DNA of 64,000 nucleotides from Longimicrobiales bacterium. Its GTDB lineage: Bacteria > Gemmatimonadota > Gemmatimonadetes > Longimicrobiales > Gaopeijiaceae. Below the pieces are notes generated by a model. The model had not been told where the DNA came from, did not search any database, and saw nothing but the letters and a program-made list of their open reading frames with translations. The position numbers were made by a program, and so were the translations under genes. Positions 18,629 through 28,722 of this stretch are shown one piece after another; the first letter of the stretch is position 1; the number at the start of each line of letters is the position of its first letter. The stretch lies in contig CBDDCX010000008.1 in the NCBI GenBank assembly GCA_965226375.1, forward strand, positions 1,088,001 through 1,152,000, read 5' to 3'.

Positions 18629-20137
18629 ATGCTTCTCGACTTCAGCAACCAGGCCCACTTCTTGATCGCCCTGGCACCGGAATTCGTGCTTTCTGTTTGG
18701 GGCATGGTGATTCTCATCTTGGGAGTGAGCCGACGACAGCGTGACAATCCGGACGCGGCCAACGATCTGGGCTGGATATCTCTCATCGGCGTCCTCTTGG
18801 CGGCTTTGGTGAACGGTTGGTTGTACGGCGTCTCGGAGGTGGGAACCGACTCTATGATTGCCGTCGACCGGTTTGCCCTCTTTGCGAACTGGATCTTCCT
18901 GGCTGCTCTCGGACTCGGCATCCTGATTTCACTGGCCTACGTAAAGAAGCAGCAGCTCCAGGCCGGAGAGTTCTATGCGCTCTTGATCTATGCCACTGTC
19001 GGTCTGATGGTCATGGCGGCCGCCCGGGACCTCATCGTGATCTTCCTCGGGCTGGAGATCATGTCCATTGCCGTGTACGCCTTGACGGCGATGAATCGGC
19101 GCGATCGGAAGTCCGCGGAAGCCGGCCTGAAGTACTTCTTGCTGGGGGCGTTCTCCACAGGCTTCTTCCTGTACGGTATCGCTCTCGTGTACGGTGCGGC
19201 TGGCAGCACGCATATCACCCACATCGGCCAGGCGGTCTCGGGCGGCACAGCCCACCAGGCCCTCCTGGGATTCGGGATCGCACTGCTCGCGGTGGGTTTT
19301 GCGTTCAAGGTCTCGGCAGTCCCGTTCCACATGTGGACTCCAGACGTCTACGAGGGAGCTCCCACACCCGTCACCGCGTTCATGGCCGTGGCCGTAAAGG
19401 CCGGGGCGTTCGTGGCTTTCCTGAGGGTGTTCGCCGTCGCGTTCGAGGGAGCCTACGAGGTGTGGTGGGCCATTTTGTGGTGGCTGGCTGTCATCACCAT
19501 GGTGGTCGCCAACCTCATCGCCCTCGTGCAGGTGAGTGTCAAGCGCATGCTGGCCTACTCAGGCATCGCCCATGCGGGCTATCTGATGGTGGCCATCGTG
19601 GCGGCGAACGAGACCGCCGCCGCGGGCCTTCTTTTCTACCTGCTGATCTACACCCTCATGAATATCGGTGCGTTCGGCGTGGTCTTGCTGGTCTCGCGCC
19701 AGAGCGAAGAGCGCCAACGAATCGAAGACTACGCCGGCTTCGGATGGCAGCAACCGGTGCTCGGGATCTTCCTCTCCATCTTCCTCCTGTCTCTCGCGGG
19801 ATTCCCCGGTACGGGTGGCTTCATGGGGAAGATCTTCCTACTCCAGGGCGCCATGGAGGCCGACCTGGTCTACCTGTCGGTCATCCTTGTGCTGACGACG
19901 GTGATCTCCTACTGGTATTACCTGCGGGTTGCCTGGTTCATGTGGATGCGAGAATCCGCCTCTGAGGATGCGCACCAGGGGATTGCCGTCCCCCTCGCGA
20001 TGCGGCTCGCCCTGGTGGTCGGAGTCCTCCTCGTGGTCTACCTCGGAGTCTTCCCCGGAGGCACGTTGGAGTTCGCGCGTTGGAGCGTGGAGGGACTGTC
20101 ATCCGCGGGGCAGGGGCTCGTCAGCCTGGCGCCGTAG
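18629..20137 (+). CDS. nuoN: NADH-quinone oxidoreductase subunit N
   Basis: EAGLKYFLLG, FKVSAVPFHMWTPDVYEGAPTP, KRMLAYSGIAHAGY. Confidence 0.97.
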   Translation: MLLDFSNQAHFLIALAPEFVLSVWGMVILILGVSRRQRDNPDAANDLGWISLIGVLLAALVNGWLYGVSEVGTDSMIAVDRFALFANWIFLAALGLGILISLAYVKKQQLQAGEFYALLIYATVGLMVMAAARDLIVIFLGLEIMSIAVYALTAMNRRDRKSAEAGLKYFLLGAFSTGFFLYGIALVYGAAGSTHITHIGQAVSGGTAHQALLGFGIALLAVGFAFKVSAVPFHMWTPDVYEGAPTPVTAFMAVAVKAGAFVAFLRVFAVAFEGAYEVWWAILWWLAVITMVVANLIALVQVSVKRMLAYSGIAHAGYLMVAIVAANETAAAGLLFYLLIYTLMNIGAFGVVLLVSRQSEERQRIEDYAGFGWQQPVLGIFLSIFLLSLAGFPGTGGFMGKIFLLQGAMEADLVYLSVILVLTTVISYWYYLRVAWFMWMRESASEDAHQGIAVPLAMRLALVVGVLLVVYLGVFPGGTLEFARWSVEGLSSAGQGLVSLAP

Positions 20138-20181
20138 AAGCCGGTTTAAGAAGTACTGTAGGTCTCGCTAGGAGCCCGGTA

Positions 20182-21561
20182 GTGTCCGTTCCCGAACACA
20201 TATTCCGACAGTGCGACGTCCGTGGCCTCGTATCCACGGAGCTCACGCCTTATGTCTCCCGGTCCGTCGGCCGTGCGTACGGCGCCGTGGCGCGGGCTCG
20301 TCTCGGGAAGCGCCCCACGATCGCGGTCGGCCAGGACAACCGACTCTCTTCGCCGGACCTGGCCGCGGCCCTTCTCGGTGGCCTCAAGGGTGCCGGAGCC
20401 GACGTGATTGACGTGGGGACTGTGCCCACCCCCGCGCTCTATTGGGCCGAGAAGACACTCCCGACCGACGGCGCCATCCAGATCACCGGATCGCACAATC
20501 CTCCAGGGTGGAACGGCATCAAAATGACGCTCCTGGGCGCCTCCTTGTTTGGACAGGCTATCCAGGATTTGAAGCGCCGGATCCTCGATGGAGCGGATGA
20601 AGGTTCGGAAGACCTAGCGGACGACACCACGGAGCGGGTCGATATTCTCGATCGCTACGTCGACGATCTGGCGGGACGATTCGATCTGCCCGGTCCCTTG
20701 AAGGTCGTCCTGGACTGTGGCAACGGCGTGGGGTCGCTCGTGGGCGCCACTCTGTTGCAGCAGATCGGAGCCCAGGTCATTCCGCTCTATTGCGATTCCG
20801 ACGGGACGTTTCCGAACCACCACCCGGACCCCTCGGTAGACGAATACCTGGTCGATCTCAGAGACGCCGTGCGGCAAGAGGGAGCGGACATCGGGATCGG
20901 ACTCGACGGCGACGCCGATCGCATCGGCGCTGTAGATGAAAATGGCCACATCGTGCGCGGGGACATCTTGCTTCTGCTTCTGGGACTCGATGTCCTGAGA
21001 AAGCGGGGGCCCGGGCAGAAGCTCATCTTCGACGTGAAATGCTCCCAGGTTCTGCCTGGCGAGTTTGCAAAAGCCGGTGGCGAACCCATCATGTGGTCGA
21101 CCGGCCATGCGCTCATCAAGGAGAAGATGAGAGAGACGGGAGCTTTGGTCGCCGGGGAATTGTCGGGTCATATCTGCCTTGCCGACGACTACTTGGGATT
21201 CGATGATGCACTGTACGCAGCGTGCCGTCTGGTGGACCTTATTTCTAGGTCTCCACGTACCTTGTCCGAGATGGTGTCTGATTTTCCGGTCTATGCTTCG
21301 ACACCCGAGCTTCGCATCGAAGTAACCGAAGAATCAAAGTTCGAGCTCATGAGGGCGGCACAGGATCACTTCAAGAGGAGTCGCGAGGTCATAGAGGTCG
21401 ACGGGGCGCGCATTCTTTTCGAAGATGGCTGGGGGCTGCTCCGGGCCTCCAATACACAGCCGGTCATCGTGGCCCGTTACGAGGCTCGGACGGAGGAAGG
21501 CTTGTACGTTATCAGAGACGAGGTCGAATCATGGCTACGAACGCAGGGTGTGGAGGTCTGA
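20182..21561 (+). CDS. Phosphomannomutase/phosphoglucomutase (AlgC-like)
   Basis: IFRQCDVRG, ITGSHNP (phospho-Ser), FPNHHPDP, DGDADR, GELSGH, RASNTQP; GTG start at 20182. Confidence 0.93.
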   Translation: MSVPEHIFRQCDVRGLVSTELTPYVSRSVGRAYGAVARARLGKRPTIAVGQDNRLSSPDLAAALLGGLKGAGADVIDVGTVPTPALYWAEKTLPTDGAIQITGSHNPPGWNGIKMTLLGASLFGQAIQDLKRRILDGADEGSEDLADDTTERVDILDRYVDDLAGRFDLPGPLKVVLDCGNGVGSLVGATLLQQIGAQVIPLYCDSDGTFPNHHPDPSVDEYLVDLRDAVRQEGADIGIGLDGDADRIGAVDENGHIVRGDILLLLLGLDVLRKRGPGQKLIFDVKCSQVLPGEFAKAGGEPIMWSTGHALIKEKMRETGALVAGELSGHICLADDYLGFDDALYAACRLVDLISRSPRTLSEMVSDFPVYASTPELRIEVTEESKFELMRAAQDHFKRSREVIEVDGARILFEDGWGLLRASNTQPVIVARYEARTEEGLYVIRDEVESWLRTQGVEV

Positions 21562-21562
21562 C

Positions 21563-24340
21563 ATGAAGATGAGCGATCTCCGGAGCGGTCGCCTTTTGAT
21601 GGCCGGTGTCTTGGCCGTTCTGGCGCTACTCCTGCTGGGGCGTGCGGCCTCGAGCGCTTACGTCGAGATCCTTTGGTTCAACGCGGTCGGTTATTCGTCC
21701 GTGTTCTGGACCAGGATCCTCTGGGAGTGGGGCATCCGCCTGGTGGGAACCATTGTGGTGGCCGTCGCCATCTTCGCCAACTTACGCGTCGTAGCTCGGA
21801 CGTTGGGCGGCCTGAGGATCAAACGGCGGGTGGGTGACCTGGTCATCTCGGAGCAACTCCCCGAGGCCTACGTGTTCTGGGGTATCATCCTGATATCCGC
21901 CTTGATGGGAGCGTGGTTCGGGGCATCGATTCCCAGAGACATCGGACTGCAGGTTCTGTTCCTGCTCAAGGCTCCGGTCTGGGGTCTGGTCGATCCCATC
22001 TTGGGCAAGGACCTGGCGTTCTACGTCATCTTGCTTCCCGTCATCGCGGCGCTGGTGACCTTCGGCATGGTTGTGGTCTTCCTGGTGTTCACGCTGGCAA
22101 CTGCGGGCTACGCCGCGACCGGTGCACTCCAATGGGGGCGCGCACGCGTCGACATCGAGGATCAACCTCGGACGCACCTGACGGTGATCGTCGCGACGTT
22201 CTTCGTTCTCATGGCGATCCGCTTCTGGCTCGGGCGATACCTTCTGCTCCTCGACGGGACCTCCAGCGTACAGAGTATCTTCGGGTATGCGGATGCCGAG
22301 GCCCGTCTTGGCGCCTTGCGTATCCTCGCGCTGCTGTCGGCGTTCGCGGGCATCGGTACCCTGTGGGGTGGCCTGAAGGCACGGATTCTTCCAGCTGCCG
22401 CAACCGTCGGGGCCCTCATTATCGGCGGTGTGGTCGTGGGCCAGGCATACCCGTCCTTCGTTCAGCGATTTCGGGTGGAGCCCAACGAGTTGGACCGTGA
22501 GACACCGTTCATTGAACACAACATCCGCTTTACCCGCATCGGCTTCGACCTCATGGAGCTCGAAAGGCGGCAGTTCCAATACGAGCAAGAGGTCGACGTG
22601 GACTGGCAGGAGGCGGCCGAGCAGTTCAATGGCCTGCCGGTCTGGAGCTCTCAGGCACTGCTCACAACGTTCCGTGAGCTGGAAGCCCGCTTCCCGTACT
22701 ATGATTTTTCGAGCGTGACGGTGGATCGATACGAGACACCAGACGGGGTGGTGCCGGTGGCGGTCTCGGTACGTGAGATCTTGCCGCGAGGCATACAAGA
22801 CCCCAACTGGCAGAACCTCCACCTGCGTGACCTCTACATCCGGGGGATGGGCGCTGTGGTGAGCGCGGCGGGGTCCCGGACCCCTCAGGGACGGCCTCCA
22901 ATGTTCGTGTCCGGGATTCCGCCGGAGTTCAGTGAAGGTGGAGCAACCCCGGAGGGTCTCCGGCTTACGCGACCGGAGGTCTACGTCGGAACTCGGCGAC
23001 AGAGCTTCGCCATAGTGAATCCTGGTCAACAGACCGCGCCGGACGGGAGCCCCGCCGTTCCCGGTGTCGACTTTCCGAACGGTATCGAGCTCAGCTCGCC
23101 CCTCAGGACGCTGGCTCTGGCTTGGCAAGCGAGGGACGCTAACCTTCTTTTCGCGTCCGAGGTGACCAGCACCAGCCGGTTCCTGTTCCGGAGGGATGTG
23201 CTGGACCGGGTAACCCGAATATCCGGACCTCTTCTACGTTATCCCGACGAACCGTATCCGGTGATTCACGAAGGACACATTGTCTGGATACTGGAGGGAT
23301 TCACGGGGACCCGTTGGTTCCCGTTGTCGACCACGCACAATCTCGAGGCGGGCGGGCCCGTGCGATACGCTCGGAACAGCGTAAAGGTCATCGTGGATGG
23401 GGTTACGGGCGAGGTGACGTTTTATGTGGCGGACGACGGCGATCAGCTGCTCCAGGTGTATCGGCAGGGTTTCCCAACGCTGTTCAAGCCCATCGATGAA
23501 ATGCCGGCCGGCCTACGTGACCACGTTCGTTATTCGCGTACGATGCTGAGCCTTCAGGCCCGGGTGCTCAACCGATACCATCAGGAGAGCGCTCCCGTGT
23601 TCCATGGTCAGCAGGACGTTTGGGAGTTGCCGCAGGAGCTCGCTCAAGGCACGATTCCGGTGCCGTACCGGGCCGACTACGGGATCTATCGTTTGCCTGG
23701 AGAGCCGGAGGAGGGCTTCCTCCTCACCTCGGTATTCGTACCCCGCGGTCGTCAGAATCTGACTGCGATCCTGATCGCTCGTAGTGACCCGGATCGGTAC
23801 GGGGAGTTGGTGCTTTTCGATGTCCGAGTCGAGGATCAGGCTCCGGGCCCCCGCCAGGTAGAGGCACTCATCGAGCAGGACCCGATCATCTCTCAGCAGT
23901 TCTCCCTATGGCGGACCGGGGGTAGCCAGGTGTGGACGGGACACCTCCACCTGGTGCCCGTAGGAGGCACCCTGTTGTATCTGGAGCCCGTCTTCTTGGC
24001 GGCAGAGGCGGATGCCATTCCCGAGTTACGTCGGTTCGTTGTCAGCGACGGCCGGCGAGTCGCGATGGAGGAGACGCTTCCGGAGGCCATTCAGGCCCTG
24101 GCGTCGATGGCCGGAGATGCGCCGCCCAACCTGGAATCCGCGCTCGAGTCGGCGCGGGTGCCACCTCTGGTGGCTGCGGCCGTGTCGCCGCTGGACCGGA
24201 GCCAGTGGCCGGCCGAAGCGCTCGCCCTGCTGGAAGAGGCTGAAGCCTCCTTGCGAGCCGGGAATTTTGAAGGCTTTGGTGATGCCCTGGATGAGCTCAA
24301 GGTCATGCTTCAGCGGCTCTCGCGGGAGGGTGGCGACTAG
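21563..24340 (+). CDS. UPF0182-family membrane protein
   Basis: EILWF..VGY.SVFW, DPILGKDLAFY, VEPNEL.RE.PFIEHNI.FTR, RNSVKV.VD..TG; N-terminal TM block. Confidence 0.9.
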   Translation: MKMSDLRSGRLLMAGVLAVLALLLLGRAASSAYVEILWFNAVGYSSVFWTRILWEWGIRLVGTIVVAVAIFANLRVVARTLGGLRIKRRVGDLVISEQLPEAYVFWGIILISALMGAWFGASIPRDIGLQVLFLLKAPVWGLVDPILGKDLAFYVILLPVIAALVTFGMVVVFLVFTLATAGYAATGALQWGRARVDIEDQPRTHLTVIVATFFVLMAIRFWLGRYLLLLDGTSSVQSIFGYADAEARLGALRILALLSAFAGIGTLWGGLKARILPAAATVGALIIGGVVVGQAYPSFVQRFRVEPNELDRETPFIEHNIRFTRIGFDLMELERRQFQYEQEVDVDWQEAAEQFNGLPVWSSQALLTTFRELEARFPYYDFSSVTVDRYETPDGVVPVAVSVREILPRGIQDPNWQNLHLRDLYIRGMGAVVSAAGSRTPQGRPPMFVSGIPPEFSEGGATPEGLRLTRPEVYVGTRRQSFAIVNPGQQTAPDGSPAVPGVDFPNGIELSSPLRTLALAWQARDANLLFASEVTSTSRFLFRRDVLDRVTRISGPLLRYPDEPYPVIHEGHIVWILEGFTGTRWFPLSTTHNLEAGGPVRYARNSVKVIVDGVTGEVTFYVADDGDQLLQVYRQGFPTLFKPIDEMPAGLRDHVRYSRTMLSLQARVLNRYHQESAPVFHGQQDVWELPQELAQGTIPVPYRADYGIYRLPGEPEEGFLLTSVFVPRGRQNLTAILIARSDPDRYGELVLFDVRVEDQAPGPRQVEALIEQDPIISQQFSLWRTGGSQVWTGHLHLVPVGGTLLYLEPVFLAAEADAIPELRRFVVSDGRRVAMEETLPEAIQALASMAGDAPPNLESALESARVPPLVAAAVSPLDRSQWPAEALALLEEAEASLRAGNFEGFGDALDELKVMLQRLSREGGD

Positions 24341-24351
24341 TCCCCGGTTCC

Positions 24352-24380
24352 TTGATTGACCCCTGCAGGGTTGGTAGTTT
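24352..24380 (+). promoter_or_regulatory. Putative sigma70 promoter of sucCD
   Basis: TTGATT (24352-24357), 17-nt spacer ending TGG, TAGTTT (24375-24380). Confidence 0.4.
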
Positions 24381-24476
24381 CATGTCCTTCGCAGGCTCCG
24401 CCTCTCGGCGTGCGATGACGTCATTCCCGGAGCCATTCCGATCGGTCGATGCGACTTCGAGCCCGACTAAACACAT

Positions 24477-25613
24477 ATGAATATCCACGAGTATCAGGCG
24501 AAGGACATCCTGCGTGCCAACGGCATACCGGTGCCTCCCGGCGAGGTGGCGACGACGCCCGACCAGGCCGTCCAAATCGCCGAGAAGTATGGTGGCATCG
24601 TCGTAGTCAAGGCACAGGTCCACTCCGGAGGACGGGGCAAGGCGGGAGGCGTGAAGCTGGCCAAGACTCCCGAAGAGGTGAGGGAACACGCCGAGAGCAT
24701 CCTCGGGATGACCATCTCCGAACTCACCGTGGAGAAGGTGTTGATCACCCCGGCGGAGGACATCGACACGGAGGCCTATGTAGGTGTGTTGATCGATCGC
24801 GTATCTCAGGCTGCCACGTTCATGGTCTCGTCCGAGGGAGGGATCGACATCGAAGAGGTGGCGCATACGAATCCAGACGCCATCCGTAAGCTCACGGTGG
24901 ATCCCCGTTACGGACTCATGGGACACCAGGCTTTCTGGCTGGCCAATGCGCTCTATGACGATCCGTCATTGATCAAGCAGGCGTCCAAGATCATCCGGCA
25001 GCTGTACGCCGCGTTCACCTCGAGCGGTGCCTCGATGTTAGAGATCAATCCGTTGATTACCACCACCGCCGGCGAAGTGAAGGCCATCGACGCGAAGATG
25101 AGCATCGACGACAGTGAGCTCTTCCGGCAGCCCGAGATCGCGGGGTACAGGGACCTTTCGGCTGAACCGTGGGCGGAGACGAAGGCTCGCGAAGCGAATC
25201 TCAGCTACGTAAAGCTCGACGGGAATGTCGGTTGCTGCGTGAACGGTGCCGGGCTCGCCATGGCTACCATGGATCTGGTGAAGTACTACGGCGGAGAGCC
25301 GGCGAACTTCCTGGACATTGGAGGATCGTCCAATCCCGAGAAGGTCGTAGCCGCTATCGAGATCATCACCTCGGATCCCAACGTGAAAGTGATTCTCTTC
25401 AATATCTTCGGAGGGATCACTCGCTGCGACGACGTGGCCAGGGGTATCGTCGAGGCTACTCGGCGCATCGACATCAAACCCCCGATCGTGATCCGCCTCA
25501 CGGGGACCAATGAAAAAGAGGGACTCGAGATTCTGGCAGATGCAGGGTTTTCGGCGTTCACCGCCATGGACGACGTGGTCGAGCGTGCGGTCCAAATGGC
25601 CGCACAAGCTTGA
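24477..25613 (+). CDS. sucC: Succinyl-CoA synthetase beta subunit
   Basis: MNIHEYQAK, KAQVHSGGRGKAGGV, VNGAGLAMATMD, NIFGGITRCD. Confidence 0.97.
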   Translation: MNIHEYQAKDILRANGIPVPPGEVATTPDQAVQIAEKYGGIVVVKAQVHSGGRGKAGGVKLAKTPEEVREHAESILGMTISELTVEKVLITPAEDIDTEAYVGVLIDRVSQAATFMVSSEGGIDIEEVAHTNPDAIRKLTVDPRYGLMGHQAFWLANALYDDPSLIKQASKIIRQLYAAFTSSGASMLEINPLITTTAGEVKAIDAKMSIDDSELFRQPEIAGYRDLSAEPWAETKAREANLSYVKLDGNVGCCVNGAGLAMATMDLVKYYGGEPANFLDIGGSSNPEKVVAAIEIITSDPNVKVILFNIFGGITRCDDVARGIVEATRRIDIKPPIVIRLTGTNEKEGLEILADAGFSAFTAMDDVVERAVQMAAQA

Positions 25614-25650
25614 CGACGAACACAACCAAGACGAGTTAACGAGACGATAG

Positions 25651-26547
25651 ATGGCAATTCTTGTCGACGAAAACACGAAGCTGATCGTCCAAGGCATCAC
25701 GGGCAGGGACGGCTCATTCCATACCGCTCAGATGATCGAGTACGGGACGGACGTGGTAGCCGGGGTCACACCGGGGAAGGGGGGGCAATCGTTCGAGGGC
25801 CCCGACGGGACCTCCGTTCCGATCTTCAACTCCATGGATCGTGCCGTGGCCGAGACAGGGGGCAACGCTTCGATCGTGTACGTCCCCCCAGCGTTCGCGG
25901 CCGGAGCCATTGAAGAGGCAGCCGACTCAGGCGTGGAGTTGGTCGTGGCGATCACGGAAGGGGTGCCGGTTCTGGATATGGCACGTGCCCACGTGTTTGC
26001 GCGAGATCGGGGCACCCGAGTCCTGGGTCCGAACTGTCCCGGCGTAATCTCGCCCGGTAAGGCAAAGGTCGGGATCATCCCCGCGCAGCTCGTGACGCCG
26101 GGACCCGTGGGCGTGATTTCCCGCTCCGGCACACTTACCTATGAGGCGGTGATTCATCTGACCAACGCCGGTATCGGACAGACCACATGCGTCGGCATCG
26201 GGGGAGATCCGCTCATCGGTACCAATTTCGTGGACGCGCTCGAAGCCTTCGCCGCCGATGCGGAAACACAGGCTATCGTGATGATCGGAGAGATTGGCGG
26301 CACGGACGAGCAGGAAGCGGCGACATGGGTGAGGGACAACCTCGAGATTCCGGTGGTGGGCTTCATCGCCGGCCAGACCGCTCCTCCAGGTCGACGCATG
26401 GGTCACGCCGGTGCAATCATCAGCGGTTCCGCCGGAACAGCCGAGGAAAAGACGAAGGCCTTTGAAGACAACGGGATCCGCGTGGCACAACGCCCCGTGG
26501 ACATCGTGGGACTGATCCAGGACGCTTTAGGCGTCCTGGCCGATTGA
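25651..26547 (+). CDS. sucD: Succinyl-CoA synthetase alpha subunit
   Basis: [29 protein letters not shown] (phospho-His). Confidence 0.97.
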   Translation: MAILVDENTKLIVQGITGRDGSFHTAQMIEYGTDVVAGVTPGKGGQSFEGPDGTSVPIFNSMDRAVAETGGNASIVYVPPAFAAGAIEEAADSGVELVVAITEGVPVLDMARAHVFARDRGTRVLGPNCPGVISPGKAKVGIIPAQLVTPGPVGVISRSGTLTYEAVIHLTNAGIGQTTCVGIGGDPLIGTNFVDALEAFAADAETQAIVMIGEIGGTDEQEAATWVRDNLEIPVVGFIAGQTAPPGRRMGHAGAIISGSAGTAEEKTKAFEDNGIRVAQRPVDIVGLIQDALGVLAD

Positions 26548-26566
26548 GTCCGAACCCGGCACGCAC

Positions 26567-27460
26567 ATGAAGTTCATCGACCTGCTCGGCGACCATGGGA
26601 TCTTGATCCCGTTGGACGCCTCGGACCTGAAAGCGGCCCTCACGGCCGCCCTCGACGTCGTAGAGGGCTTGAGCGTCGATAAGGCGGCACGTATCGCGAC
26701 TGACCTCGCGACCCGATCCGCAGGGGACGTGGCGCGAGTCCACGAGCAGATCGTGGTAGTGCTAGCTCAGGAAGACGCTCTCGAGTCGGTGACGGCGGTG
26801 CTCGGCGTGTCACCCAAGCCCTTCGAGGTAGGTGACGGCGGAGATGACGGGCCGAACACGGCACGGGTTCTGATCTTGTTGGTGACGCCGCGTCGGTTTG
26901 CCACACTGAAGCACCAAATGTTGCCGGCGCTGGTCCGATTCTTCCGCGAAGAGGAGAGGGTGGGGCCACTCGTAGCCGCACAGTCCGTGGACGCGGTGAA
27001 GGGCCTCAAGGGCCTCATGGAGGTCGAGCTCCACGAACGGCTCCTGGTGGAGGACGTTCTTTCGCCCCTCCAGTATCGCGTTTATCCGAACACTCCCTAC
27101 ACTGAAGTGGTCGATCTGATGGTGCGGCGCGGCTTGAAGTCGGTGCCGGTTGTCGGGGAGGACTACGAGTTCCTGGGTATCGTTACGACGGGCGATGCCA
27201 TGAAACACGTGGTCGCCAGGACCCAAACGGAGGAGGCCGGAGATCTACAGGACAGGACGCCTCCGGAAGAGGCTACCGCCCGCGAGATCATGACGCGGAG
27301 CGTGATGTGCGTCTCCGAGGACCAGAGTCTGATGGAGGCTGCCTTCATCATGGTAAACCGGGACGTCGAAGAACTCCCGGTGATCCGTGAGGGAGAGATG
27401 GTCGGCTTCCTCACTCGAGGAGAAGTCCTGCGGTTACTATTCGGGCCCGCAGAGAGTTGA
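26567..27460 (+). CDS. CBS-pair protein with a degenerate N-terminal PTS EIIA-like domain
   Basis: C-terminal CBS pair (VPVV..FLGIVT.GD; IMTRSV.CV..LPVI.EG.MVGFLT). The first ~145 aa resemble an EIIA(Ntr/Fru) fold by eye. Confidence 0.75.
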   Translation: MKFIDLLGDHGILIPLDASDLKAALTAALDVVEGLSVDKAARIATDLATRSAGDVARVHEQIVVVLAQEDALESVTAVLGVSPKPFEVGDGGDDGPNTARVLILLVTPRRFATLKHQMLPALVRFFREEERVGPLVAAQSVDAVKGLKGLMEVELHERLLVEDVLSPLQYRVYPNTPYTEVVDLMVRRGLKSVPVVGEDYEFLGIVTTGDAMKHVVARTQTEEAGDLQDRTPPEEATAREIMTRSVMCVSEDQSLMEAAFIMVNRDVEELPVIREGEMVGFLTRGEVLRLLFGPAES

Positions 27461-27489
27461 AACGAGATTACCCAGAGGAATGAGGCTAT

Positions 27490-27909
27490 ATGAGCTTGAC
27501 GCTCGCAATCATCAAGCCGGACGCAGTAGAATCCGGCCTGGCAGGAAAGGTATTAGCGCACTTGCAGGACGCCGGTTTCAACGTCCGCGCACTGAAGATG
27601 ACGCGCCTGGGACCCGGCCAAGCGGGTGCGTTCTACGAGGTCCACCGCGAGCGACCGTTCTATGATTCGCTCGTGGACTTCATGACCTCGGGCCCGGTCA
27701 TTCCCATGATCCTCGAAGCTGACGATTCCGTGACGAAGCTCCGGGACGTCATCGGTGCCACGGATCCCGCGGAAGCGGCCGAAGGGACCGTCCGGAAACT
27801 GTTTGCGGAATCGAAGGGGAGAAACGTGATCCACGCGTCCGATTCCGATGAGAACGCCGCAACCGAGATCGCTTTTTTCTTCTCACGCCACGAGCGCCTC
27901 GGCCTCTAG
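27490..27909 (+). CDS. ndk: Nucleoside diphosphate kinase
   Basis: [29 protein letters not shown]. Confidence 0.97.
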   Translation: MSLTLAIIKPDAVESGLAGKVLAHLQDAGFNVRALKMTRLGPGQAGAFYEVHRERPFYDSLVDFMTSGPVIPMILEADDSVTKLRDVIGATDPAEAAEGTVRKLFAESKGRNVIHASDSDENAATEIAFFFSRHERLGL

Positions 27910-27959
27910 AGCCGTTGCAGCGCTGGTCCGCGGAGCGGCCCGACGGGGCTTTTTCCGCG

Positions 27960-27988
27960 TTGACTCGCCCATAGGGTTGGGGTAATTT
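27960..27988 (+). promoter_or_regulatory. Putative sigma70 promoter of the yceD-rpmF-plsX-fab operon
   Basis: TTGACT (27960-27965), 17-nt spacer, TAATTT (27983-27988), only 8 nt before the ATG at 27997. Confidence 0.55.
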
Positions 27989-27996
27989 TTTCGTCT

Positions 27997-28506
27997 ATGC
28001 TCAGAGTCGACCTGGGTCGCCTGGAACGGAAGCAATCGCTCCAGGTAGAGGGATTCCTAGAGCCGGATCATCATTCCTTCGAAGGGTGCGGATTCGTACT
28101 TGAGAACCCCATCCACGTGGTGCTGTCGGCCTCGTGGGCGGGTTCGGGTGAAGTCGTTTTACGAGGGACCCTCGAGGGCTCCGTCGTGCAGAGTTGCCGA
28201 CGCTGCCTCGAACCGGTCGAGCGGGCGGTGAATAGTGACATCACCATGGTCTTCGCCTCTTCTGAGCTGCTGTACGACGACGACGACGAAACGCGCCGCA
28301 TCGAGCGGGGCGAGCGTGAGATCGACGTGGGGTCGCATGTTCGCGACGAGTTGATTCTGTTGGTGCCGAGGTACGTGGAGTGCCGCACGGACTGCATGGG
28401 CTTGTGCGCGGGATGCGGGGCGAACCTGAACGAGGCAGAATGCCAGTGCTCGACGGAGGGCATGGATCCGAGATGGGATGCCCTTCGAGCACTCAAGAAC
28501 GAGTGA
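27997..28506 (+). CDS. yceD: YceD/DUF177 family protein
   Basis: CRRCLE, C..DC.GLC..CGANLN...C.C, DPRWDAL; directly upstream of rpmF. Confidence 0.9.
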   Translation: MLRVDLGRLERKQSLQVEGFLEPDHHSFEGCGFVLENPIHVVLSASWAGSGEVVLRGTLEGSVVQSCRRCLEPVERAVNSDITMVFASSELLYDDDDETRRIERGEREIDVGSHVRDELILLVPRYVECRTDCMGLCAGCGANLNEAECQCSTEGMDPRWDALRALKNE

Positions 28507-28514
28507 GTTGAGAG

Positions 28515-28697
28515 ATGGCTGTTCCAAAGAAAAAGATCTCGAAGCAGCGCAAGCGTAAGCGCCGTACCCATTACAAAGCGGAGCCAGTGGTGACGAACAC
28601 CTGCTCGCGCTGCGGGGATCCCAAGGTCCCACACCGGGTGTGCCCGAGTTGCGGGTACTACGGGGGTGAGCAGGTGATCGAGCCGGATCTGGACTGA
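28515..28697 (+). CDS. rpmF: 50S ribosomal protein L32 (Zn-binding type)
   Basis: MAVPKKKISKQR..RRTH, CSRCG..HRVCPSCGYY. Confidence 0.97.
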   Translation: MAVPKKKISKQRKRKRRTHYKAEPVVTNTCSRCGDPKVPHRVCPSCGYYGGEQVIEPDLD

Positions 28698-28722
28698 TCC
28701 CCCAGCGACGAAATCGATAGAG

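Noticed and set aside
27925..27960. Terminator after ndk (gccc-gacg-gggc-ttttt)
   Set aside because: The stem is only 4 bp, too weak to call in GC-rich DNA.
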